Origin: Auanema rhodensis
Lineage: Eukaryota > Animalia > Nematoda
NCBI GenBank assembly: GCA_964057225.1
Contig: OZ059898.1
Location: 16,368,001 to 16,432,000, forward strand
Length of the DNA stretch: 64,000 nt
Direction: 5' to 3'
In this document: positions 1 through 11,081 of the stretch, one piece after another
How positions within the stretch are numbered: the first letter of the stretch is position 1
Layout of the letters: every line of letters begins with the position of its first letter
Translations under genes and position numbers: made by a program
Notes under the pieces: model-generated
Databases searched by the model: none
Told to the model about the DNA's origin: nothing
Seen by the model: the letters and a program-made list of their open reading frames with translations, nothing else

Positions 1-576
1 CAAATATTTAAAAAAATTCACAGCTGACTTTTCAGTTCATTATTTTGTCTCAATATTCCTTACTGCCTCTTGTTCTTTTCATCTTTGTTAACAACTAATT
101 TTTGTTATAATATAATATTTCTGTATCAAATATCCATTTTCAGCATTTCTATTCTCTGTATTGAAAGAAAAATTTACCCTCCGCCTGAAAATTGTATTTC
201 GTTGTCTCGACTTCATACATCACAACTCAGCAGCTTTCATTTGCTCCGTTTCCATAACCAAACAAGCTATAATTTTCCATCCGTCGGTTTCAAACGCCTC
301 GCGAAATCACACATAGTTTTCTCTTTTATTCGTTATTTTTTGGAATATAATTAAGTGTTGAGCATGCTTTCTTCGGGATTTAAACGTTTTACAATTCAAT
401 TACAACTAGTTTTTTCTTTGTACATGTGAAAAGGGTACTGAGATTTGATCATTACATGTTCACCGAACAGTCAATGTACATCTGCTTCACAGAAACCTAT
501 TATCATATCATCTAAATCGCTTCATATAAATAACTTCCTTTTTAATTTTTTGAATTTGCTTGATAATTGTTCTTAG

Positions 577-843
577 AATTTAGGAAAACAGAAAATAATA
601 ATCATAAAAACATTGTAACATCAAAGCTAAAATCCTCGCGCGTGAGAATTTTTATACGTCAAAACGAGCCATTTGATTCACACAGTGGAGAAAAATCGGA
701 AAGTTTGAATGCTTTGCTTAATGATCTCAAAGTTTCTGCTACAAATTCGAGGATTTTCTTTCATTAAGAAATATAATTAGATAGACTACTACAGCATGTT
801 TGAAACGTCAGCTCCACCTATTCCAACAACTCCACCCTTTTGA
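577..843 (+). CDS. Possible last exons of an upstream gene (…LNALLNDLK / IDYYSMFETSAPPIPTTPPF*)
   Basis: Open frame after the ttcttag acceptor at 576. A 49-nt GT-AG intron (732-780) joins it in frame to a short exon ending TGA at 841-843. No recognisable domain, and other splicings are possible. Confidence 0.25.
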
Positions 844-853
844 CGTGTGATTG

Positions 854-854
<1 letters not shown>

Positions 855-895
<41 letters not shown>
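855..895. repeat. (TA)n microsatellite
   Basis: About 20 perfect TA units followed by a TA/TG-rich tail. Confidence 0.97.
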
Positions 896-899
<4 letters not shown>

Positions 900-1243
900 G
901 TGTGTATATGTATATGTATATACATATATATGTATTTCTCACCTGACAACCATTTTCTAATTATATTTATGTTAGTTTGTGATACAGATTCTTGTTACTT
1001 ATTTATATAGATATTTAGATTAACAAATCGATAAAACATTATAACTTTGAAAAATAAAAATTTGTTGATGAGTAAATTAGATAGATATGAATTATGTTCC
1101 TTAATTGTGTCGCGTATTATTGCTCATTTGTGGCTTAATCTTCCTTCTGCTTCTAATTTGATTGTTTTGTCGCTCTTTTCATTCGCCTACTTCTATGAAA
1201 TTTGCTTTATTTTTCTAACCATATCTGGTCCCTAGGATGCTCA

Positions 1244-3131
1244 ATGGATTGTTATAATGCGACTATCAGTTCTGGAGATTTTGCGTGGGTATGGATTGAT
1301 ACAATTGGAATTCTTCTAACTTTACCTGTAACTTCAATATTCTTAATCAAAGCTACATATCAAACGAAGAATCTACATAAGAACTATAGGCTTATTATTA
1401 TACAAATTTGTCTGTTATTCCTCACGAGGACTATATATCAAGCATTAACTAATATATATTTTCTTGTAAGTTTGTTTAAACAAACTAAATTTTTGAATTT
1501 GCATTATTGTCAGTATGGTTATCACATTAACATCAATTGCTATTGGATAGTATGGCCTTCTAGAGCATTTTTCTTCATCATTTTAACAGCTATTCCCTTT
1601 CTAATCATGGAACGAGCATTTGCCACATATCTTTTCTCGAAATACGAGAAAAACAAATATTGCAAATGTATAGCTTATGCCGTTATAATGCTTCAGGTAC
1701 AAAATCCCACTTCATATCTTTTCGTTTTTCACGAATGTAATCATTCTAGATAATTTGCCCATGTTTTCTTTTCATTGATGACGTCGAATATGTTCAAAAT
1801 TTAGCTTGTTCTAGTCACTATACTTTAATTATTTCACTTCTGGCTCTATGTCAATTTTCTTCTCTTCCCATATCGCTTTTTCTTCATAAGATTAACTCAC
1901 GAATACGAGTAAGTTCAAATTTATTTTAAAAATGTAATGAACACACAAGCTATGTACTTCCACCATGAAGATTATAAATGCTTCAATGCTCTCTATAAAA
2001 CAGTAACAGGCTAGCTAGCTAGCAACTATTTGCGTAACTATGAAAGTTTTTAAATTAAATAATATATTTTCGTAAACTTTGTGAATTTCTCTTAATTATT
2101 CATACTTGAAACAATAGTGTTAGCCTTGAATTACGTTTTGTGAACATGTTATATTGCTTTTCATTACTATTAATAATCATATAATACGTCACGGATAAAA
2201 GCAGGTGGAAAAATAACGGCTGCTGTTCATAAAGTTACTTGAAGTATTTTATCTTCAATGTTTTGCATTGAAAAATTTATTTAAAAAATGAAGAATTTTT
2301 GAATAAAATTAAATAACAATAAAGAAGGTAGAAGGAATTTCTAAATTATTTCTAATTAAATAATTAGTCAATTTTCCTATTATATTTATTATTAGCAATG
2401 TTAATATGAACGTCGATCAAAATACCCAACACGGCTAATTATCTAAAAAAAATTATTCAATCACTATTTCATTTTCTTCATCTATTTACCACTTTTGAAC
2501 AAAATGCTTATATCAGTTCATTTCATAATATATATTGAATTTTAAGAAAAGCTTAAAAAACGGAGAGAAAATCAGTGGACGATATCAATTGAGAGAAAAT
2601 GCAAAAACGTGCCGCTCTCTGGCTGTTGCATCGATGGGTGCTTCTCTTTGGGTATTGCTTTATCTCTGTTATCACTTTCATGCCGCCATTTGCATAAAAG
2701 AGGTAAAGAATTGAAATATCTGCTTTCTAAATATTTCAAGAGAAAATTGACGAATTTTCTTATTTTTAGAGAATTGCTCCGCCTTGGGACACTCTTAATT
2801 TGCTTTCTCTCCAAGTGTTTATATTTATTATTGTTCTACCTCATGATCAAATCCGTAGAAAATGTTTGCAAAACACAATATTTCAGAATAGTGTTTTTTG
2901 TAATAAATTGCTTTGCAATTTTGCTAAGAACAGGTAAAATTTATTCTAGTAATACCGAAAAATAACTTGCATAACATTTTCAGATATAGGGTTAATAATC
3001 AACAAGGTGTGAGTTCAACTTCTCAGAACAGCCATTTCGAAACTTTGAGTCGCCAATGGCAAACTACAAGCGGAACTCAAGGAAGCAGCCAGCAATGGCA
3101 ACCAGAAGCATCACCAGGAAGTGCCCCCTAG
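1244..3131 (+). CDS. Serpentine 7TM chemoreceptor, Sra superfamily (sra/srab/sre-like), about 6 exons
   Basis: Spliced product has the family motifs LHKNYR, IMERAFATYLFSKYE, ISGRYQLREN and C-terminal HFETLSRQW, plus multiple hydrophobic helices. GT-AG introns at 1466-1513, 1697-1749, ~1909-2546, ~2703-2768 and ~2933-2983. Stop TAG at 3129-3131. Confidence 0.85.
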
Positions 3132-3298
3132 ACTTTTAACCAAATATGTGACTTTTTTATTGTCAGTGTCATATAAAATTTCTTTATATATAACGATTGC
3201 CATGATTAGACACTATATTTACTTGAATTTCAATGAAAGACAGATGACCCGTACACTAGGTCCAAGAATAAAAAAATGCTGCTTTTGAAGCTATACAA

Positions 3299-6266
3299 TT
3301 ACTTAATATATGATTTCCAATTTTTGCTAGAGTAAATTTCACATGACGACCCCTTGCAAGCTTTCAAAAGGGTCAATCTTTGATTCAATTCTTCTAATAC
3401 AGGAGCTTCTAACGAAAATATAGCGTTATTTAACTAAAATATAATATATTGAAAAAATGAGTTATATTATGCATTTTTACCTGATATGGATCCGTATTTA
3501 GATCATAATAACTGATAAAATCAGTGACAAACTCACAGTAAAGGAAATTATGAGTCTCATTAACTGTTCTAAGACACCAGTATGTATTACTAAAAAATTA
3601 TTGATTCATTAGATGCTTGTATTCATGCATGTAAATTACTTATTTGAATTTTGACAAAAACAGAAGTTGCCATATGAATCAGGCCATAAAGGTGGAGTTC
3701 GCCAATGATCTGCCCCATGTGAAAAGCAATTCATCTGAGGAACAAGACAAGCTGCCCTCTCAGGAAAATTCAACAACCTAGAAATTTTTTTTCAAATTGG
3801 ACAATAAAAAAAATAATACTGTTTTTTCCTTGATTCTTTCTTATTGATAAGCTTTTGAAGATATATTTCTTCCTCAAGAGTCTCATTCGTGTTTCTCCTA
3901 TGAAATAGTACAATTGCAACGTTTGAATTTTAATATAATTAATTTCAGACTTCACTCACCATGAATTTGTTGTATTTTCAGAACATATACAAGCTCGTTT
4001 CCTGCGAATCTTAATGACGTCTTTACTGATATTGGAGTATTTGAAGATTGTACCTGAGTTTGCTTGTCAAACAACCCTTGCTTCCATTTCTCGTCATTTG
4101 CCAACGACAACCTGTATGTTTCTTCTAAGAATTGCTCAGTAACACTCTCATTGTAGAAGAAATCTATAAATATCACAGTAAATTAATAATCAGCAGTAAT
4201 AATTTGCCTCTCGTATGACGACGTTGCCTATTCCTACTGCAATCGCAATTCTTCCGATTTTCTCTACATTTATAAGTTTTCCACTTATTATCAGCTGTTT
4301 TGTAGCATCTCCACAACTGAAATAAAACTAAATTTCATCGAAAAGTAGTAATCTCTTACCTGGCCGGGTTCACAATTCGCTTGCCACTGTGGTTTGGAAC
4401 ATTCAGATTTCAACCTTGCCTCTTTGCCAAATCTGGCCTTTTGATTCATAAAACGCTCACGTATTTTTTTCAACTTTGGCATTTTACTAGAACGAAATAA
4501 TGAAATATTTTTTAAAAAAAATAATTGAATGCGGTTAGGACTTATTAACGGCAAATGTTAGAATACACATTACACAGGCTCACTCACATGCAGAAACTAC
4601 CCCCACCCTCTTTCGATTAAAACTGTGTCCCTCCAAATCAGGTCTTGAGTTGATGTATCTCCTAAACACGATGAAAATAAGCTTTCAGAAAGTTGTACAA
4701 CCTTTGACAATTTTCAACAGATCAAGGATACTTCTACCATCAGTATATGATGGAATTTCAGCACCAGCAATATCTAGCATAGTGGGAAATAAGTCAATAT
4801 TGGCTACAGGTGATGTAATTCTGAAACTCACAAATTATTGCCTGAAATAAAGAGTATGTAAAAACTAACGTCATATTCTTAGGAACTCCTGGGCCGCGCA
4901 AGAAGTAAGGAACTTTGATATCAAACTCATACGGCATATTTTTTCCTTTGATTAATCCAAATTGTCCGAGGTGGTAGCCATGATCAGATGTGTAGAAAAC
5001 ATAAGTATTAGATAATTGATTATGTTCTCTCAAAACTGAAAACAACTAAAAAAAAGCGATTCAAATAAATGAATACAAAATTTTACTTTATAGACTCCTT
5101 CATCAACACTTTGTAAGGTCTGTAGCCTACGTCTATGGAGGATATCCGTAAAAGCAACATGGACTGGATCCATCTTCCCTGTGCGTTGGAGAATCCATTG
5201 CTTATCAGGGTTTGGAGCATAGTTCCAAGAAAGCGTCCTATTATGATAAGCTATACAACTATTTATTACATTTAGTATACCTGTGCGAAGACTTATCCGT
5301 GAACATTTCTGAATATTGAGGGGCTGGGTCTTCAGGGCCATGGGGAGCCGGATACGATAAAACTACGAGGAATGGCTGTGATGGATTTTTTTTTTTGTGA
5401 TTACGTATAAACTCTAAGCTTTTATTGGTAACTAAATCAGTGAAGTAATCCTAAAAAAATGATAAAGCAAACATAGAAAAATGAATACTCCTACCTTTTC
5501 ATAATCATTACCATATCGTAACTTCTCTCCATTATAATTGACTGTATAATTATAAAATTTACTATTTTTAACCAACCCTAACCAGTGATCCCATCCTGTA
5601 GGTATATACGATCTAAAAAATGTTTGAATTGGTGAATTTATAGATTTAGATATATCAATTTAGCATGCCAATTTTTTTAAACTCAATACTATTTCAGTCA
5701 ACAGAGGATAGCGGAGTTACGGGGTATAGCTAAGATTATTTCCATAAAGAGAAATCTCACCCATCGTATTCGTTAAGATATTTTCCGAAGTATGCAGTCT
5801 TGTAGCCCTCTCTTTGGAGGTGAACAGATAATGCATTTGGTTCGTATTTAAGTCTTAAATTCAGAATATTGACTTTTAGGAGCAGATGTCAACTGACTTC
5901 CATTCCATTCCAGAGCAATTACAATTATTTGTATGCACATTATGATTATGTACATATATTCCCGTCAATATGGAAGTTCGGCTAGGACAACAAATAGGTG
6001 TGGTGACAAATCTGTAGATAAAGTAACTTCCCACAATTGCAAATCTATATACCCATTAGAAAAATAAGTTCCTTTTTCTTTCAGGAACTTCAAAGTTTTG
6101 GGCATCTCATCCATGGAACCTAATTCTATGTCCTGGTCATCTGTTATTATAAGTATAATGTTTCGTGTGCTGAATATACAAATGATGTATATAATTATTT
6201 AGAAACTCACTTGGCCGCTGCATTGGCACACAATCCAACAAACAGGATAAGAAAACATAGATGCAT
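3299..6266 (-). CDS. sul-1: Extracellular heparan-sulfate 6-O-endosulfatase (Sulf1/2 family)
   Basis: Signal peptide [19 protein letters not shown]. Motifs [11 protein letters not shown], sulfatase signature [50 protein letters not shown] and a basic hydrophilic domain. Ends [21 protein letters not shown]. Confidence 0.95.
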
Positions 6267-6489
6267 AATTTGAACTTTTACCTAGCTTTTGGTCGAAACC
6301 ATTTGACAATGCGAATGAAATAATTTGGATTATATGTGATGTTTTTACGTACATTGCGTCCGTTGTTTACACGGAGAATCTAGGTTTCACCTGGTCAGGC
6401 TCAGTAATACATTGAAGAACGTTTAATGATTTTGCTTAAAAAAACACTTTCAGATACAGGTTCACAGATTAGCTTATCATATTGTTAGC

Positions 6490-7799
6490 ATGAGGTTGTA
6501 TCGAGGTCAGAAAATTGCTCAGCTACTTTTAAATCGAGAGGAAGAAGGATTACGACATTTGATCGCTGACCGTGTCCATTGGTATGCCCCGAATGTAAAT
6601 GAATTTTAGTTTTACTATTGTGCTAACTAAGTTTTCCAGGAAAGTCGACTCAGTGATGCTGTTTGGGAAGCATTTCATCTTTCATATCTGGATACAGATA
6701 CCCAGAATTTTCTGGATGTTTCTACTGCTAGAAGTGAATCATATTGCTTGCAGGTTTATTCATTATCGTTTGCTTTCAAGTAAAATGTTATTTGATTGAA
6801 GGCTGTTTATTCATTTCTAACATTACTTCTATCAACATTCTTGTCTAAAACATCAATTAATGGTGTATTAAACAGAGGTTTGAATAACATTCTCATATTT
6901 CTTGTTGACATTTTTTTTCAGGAGGGATGTTTCTGTTTTCAGAAAACCAGTTATATGAGTTTTTGAACTTAACTGAAGATTGGGACTCTAAGGGAAAAAT
7001 GGCTGGTAGTTTTCAAGGAATCGATTTCTTAGGTATGTTTTTCAGCTTCTGGATTTGGGTGCTGGTGATGGTGGTATAACCCAGGTTTACTCTGGCTTAT
7101 TTGAACACATTTACGCAACAGAGATGTCTAAGGTGTCTCATAATTTTTTCGAATTTTTCAGATTTTTTTTTCAGGCAATGCAGTTCCGTTTAATGTCTCG
7201 TGGCTTCCATATTGAGGATGTACACGATTGGCATAAAGAGAAAAGGAAATATGATTTGATTTCTGTACTAAATCTTCTAGACAGGCATTATAATCCTGAA
7301 AATCTTCTTGAAAATTTACATAAGTTGGCTTTTCGAAGTAGTTGTCCAGTACTTATGGGAGTTGTTCTACCTTTGAAACAGTATGTTGAGTTTCATCCTT
7401 CTGTCAAGTCTAATAAGCCTGGTACTTTTTTTAAATATTGTTTTTGGCAAGCAAAATTTATTCCTAGACGTTTTTCTGAAACTTGATGGATATAAATTTG
7501 AAGATCATTTAATGTCGCTAGTAGAGAATGTCTTTCGCCCCGCTGGATTTGAATTAATGAAATGGACTAAATTGCCATATTTGTGTGAAGGTGATTTTAA
7601 TAAGGTGAGCACATTAGTTGAATTTTCAAAATTATTCTGAGTATATAAGATAAATATAAAAAATTTATTTCCAAATAATTATTTGTTTTAGCCATATTAT
7701 GTTCTATATGACGCTCTTTTTCTCTTACGGGCCGTTCCTAAACAGGATGCACAGGGAAATTTTTTAAGCGATGTAGACATAATACACGAAGAATTTTGA
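6490..7799 (+). CDS. METTL9: METTL9/DREV-family SAM-dependent methyltransferase, 8 exons
   Basis: Motifs SKTSINGVLNRGGMFLFS, LLDLGAGDG (motif I), YATEMS, YDLISVLNLLDR, KLPYLCEGD and YYVLYDALFLL. The model needs a GC-AG intron at 7002-7045. Confidence 0.93.
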
Positions 7800-8083
7800 A
7801 TTGATTTTTGTTTATATTGCTATTCATTTTAGTCTGATAGGTCTGTGCTCTGCCCGAACTTTTTTCTCATTTCGCATAACATAAGATTTCGAGACGGAGT
7901 CAAAATTCCAATCATTTTTGTCTTCTTTTGTTTTAGAAAATATTCTGAAAAATTATAATTTCATAATCAGTGGTGTGTATTGTTACTGCATTGTTATCAA
8001 AATTGTTACTGGAACACGGCATATCATGTTTTATTTGAGAAGTGCTAATAAAATGTTTAAAAACACAGCAGCTATAAGGCAAG

Positions 8084-9903
8084 TCACACATGATTTTTTC
8101 GAGGTAAAACAATTGGAGTGCTGTAAAACGTTTGATTGTTTTGAAAAATAAATATAAAAAATTTCAAACGACTTACGGTTGCTTCAGACGAGATTGACCG
8201 GGTGTTTTAGGTGCCGACAAACTTCTCCTATAATTTTTAAATACAACCCTTTCTAACTGCTTGAGAAACCTATTCGGAGTTGGTGGGATTCCATTCCTTG
8301 TATATGAAGCTGACTGCGCGTTGGTCCTATTGGATGGTGGTACCTGTTTTGATCTTATCGATTCTCTGGTGTCTAATGAACTGAATAAAAAAATAATAGC
8401 TTTTTCCTTTTTTTTGCATATACCGTCTTCTTTCTTTAAGATCTTCTTTTTCACGAGTTGATGCTCTTGTGTCTGCTCTAGAGCGAGAGGATGATCTAGT
8501 CGGAGATCTACTCTGTCTTGTCTGAAAAGTCTGCTCTAGAATGTATGTAGTATGTGTACCTACATTGGAATGATTGATCAGAGATTTGTGTCCTGTTAAA
8601 GGCTTCATCCCGGTTGACGGAGGTTTTGGTGGCTTGTTTCTAATATGCTGATCTCTATAATTGTTTTATAAATACTACATTTCTTTATTTTTTAATTATT
8701 TAATTAGGACAATTGATAAATCTTCTAACTTGCAAAATGGAATATGGCGCTCTGCTGCTCTTTCATTAAAATTCCTACCACAGTATTCACACTGCACATA
8801 ATCTGAAAGGTTATCAGTTGTTTAAGGTATTAATAGAATCAACAGTTGCAAACATGTGTACATGCATTCTAATACCAATCAGTTTTTTCCGATTATATTT
8901 TGATAGAGAAACGTAACGTTTCTATGGCTACGTAAAGAGATTCCAATTCAAGGATTCCCCTTTCTCGTCTTTCATATATCATTCAAACAAGATATGATCT
9001 TTTGGATGAGAATTGTTGCAAATATATAACCATAAAGTTAAAATCATATTTTTTTAAAAAAAGAATAAAAATGTCTAAGGTAATTCAGAAAATACTAAAT
9101 GATCTGACATTATTATAAATGTTATTAGTTTCACAAACAAGGATCATTACTACACTTGCAAGTTTCTTTTTTTCTTTGAAAATTTGATGATGTTTCTGAT
9201 TCAACATTTGTACAATTATAAATCCTTGATACATGAGATATTTTTTCAGAAAAAAACAGCTGTAGTAAAATAAAAAACCTGAGAAAACCTTTCTAAGAAA
9301 GGATAAAGAATGTTTAAAAAATTAAAACATTCCATAATTGTCTCAATTATTGGCTGACATTAGAGAAAAACAGGATACTTACCACTTGGTACGGCAGTTT
9401 TGGGAGGAGGTGGAAGTGGAGCACCAGTTTTCAAAGCATAGTCTACTTTTTTTGATTGACTAACTGCATTGATAAAAGTTTCATGTCTTTCTCGCCAATG
9501 GGTTTGAGGACGAGGAAAAACACCTCCGTTCTAAATAAGTAAAAACATAATCCAACAGCGTTTGAAGTCAACGTACCATTTCTTTTTCCTGTTGTGCTTT
9601 TTTAACATCTGAGTAAGAAACGTCTGAGCCTTTGGCTCTTTGTTTTCCGCTGTCGAATGGTTTTCTGTTTAGTTTAGACAGTTTTTTGCAAACCGGCTGA
9701 TGCTTTTCCTGTAATAATAATTTAATAAAATGAAACCATAGAAATAGGTTTTCATTAATCAAAATTTAGAAAGTTAGTCAATCTACCAGACATTTGGCTA
9801 TTGAATCACAAAAAAAAGAAAAACCCACCAAACTCGAAGGAACAAATTTACGGCCACAAACTTTACATGGAAAAACATCTTCAGGTTTTTCATTCTCACT
9901 CAT
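8084..9903 (-). CDS. ZC2HC1A: C2HC zinc-finger protein, ZC2HC1A/FAM164 family
   Basis: Two C2HC fingers (PCKVCGRKFVPSSL/EKHQPVC and QCEYCGRNFNERAAERHIPFC) and conserved RKPFDSGKQR and WRERHETFI blocks. A final intron 8121-8176 (gtaagt…ttttacag) gives the end TPIVLPRKNHV*. Confidence 0.88.
8918..8931 (-). promoter_or_regulatory. X-box (RFX/DAF-19 site), intronic
   Basis: Minus strand reads GTAGCCATAGAAAC, a full match to GTHNYY-AT-RRNAAC. It lies in the gene's only long intron. Confidence 0.65.
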
Positions 9904-10132
9904 CACTATTACTGCAGAATTGTAGCTTAGTTAAGCTGTGGTGAAATAATCTTTTAAAATATATGTAGCAGATAATAGTAGAAATGCTTAAAATTAGCCC
10001 AAGTTGCTGCTTCCAAATGGATTGCGGGACAACAAATACGTTGCTCAACTGCCGGTTAGTCTCGTTGCTAGGTCCTTCAATCTATTCTCTATCCCACTCT
10101 ACAATTTTCACTCAGTCTCGAACAAGTATGCT

Positions 10133-10145
10133 GTTGCCTAGTAAC
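10133..10145. promoter_or_regulatory. X-box (RFX/DAF-19 site), promoter
   Basis: GTTGCCTAGTAAC matches GTNRCC-N(0-3)-RGYAAC, 230 bp upstream of the ZC2HC1A-like ATG. A further half-site GTTGCTAGG lies at ~10064. Confidence 0.7.
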
Positions 10146-11081
10146 AATACTTATTTCCATTTTCGGCTTAGTATAGCGAAACTGTACTAAGTATAATATT
10201 TAGTAAAGGCGGAGCTACTAGGCTTTAAGCTGTTAACGAAAAATTAAGAAAAAGAATATAAGAAGTTGCTTCATAAGATTAATTTTAATTTGCCGGTGTG
10301 AAATGTAAATGAACAATTCCATATGTCTAACATAATTGTCTTATACTGGTTCACAGTTTATTCAGAAAAATGTATATAAATGAAAACTAGGAGTACAATA
10401 TTAGATTACTGTAATATTATGCAGGTGACATCAAAGCTATGAAAGGATATTAGGTCAGATTTCTTGAAGATTTCAATAATCTTCGGCAAATAACTTTTGT
10501 CATTTCCGATATTCCATAATTGAAAATAAATACAAGCTTCAACTATACTGTGAAAATAAGTACAAAACAAGAATGAGAAGTAGTACCGGTGACTTATTGA
10601 GTAATTTTTAAATCGCAAAAACAACACAAGAACTTCGATTATAACTTGATTAGGTAAAAACTCGTTATGCTAACCACAAATGAATATCAACGTGAAGAAA
10701 AGAATACATGCATAGCTGTATAACTGAGAAACGAATGCTAGTTAATATATTAAAATAAATAATCAGATTTTAAGTAATTTAAAGGGTGTTCCTTTCTTGG
10801 ACCCTAAATTCCATTATGTTATGAAACTAATGCTTCATAACATTTTAGAACTAAGAGTGATGATATGGAAATACTTGTCAACTTCAGAATTTCCCTTCAT
10901 CACTTGAATTCATGTGAACTTGAATTCCTTCTGTAAGATCATAGACCTAACCATTTTATCAATTTTTCCTATTTTATTAAGTTTTATGTCATTGGTCTGT
11001 TATTTAGTTGATAACTTTATCAACTAGCATTCGTTCTTGCGTTATATGGAAGTAAAGTAAGTTAGTAAAAATAAATTCATA

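Noticed and set aside
10780-10810. TAAAGGGTGTTCC, resembling a mariner-type terminal repeat
   Set aside because: No matching inverted copy and no transposase remnant found.
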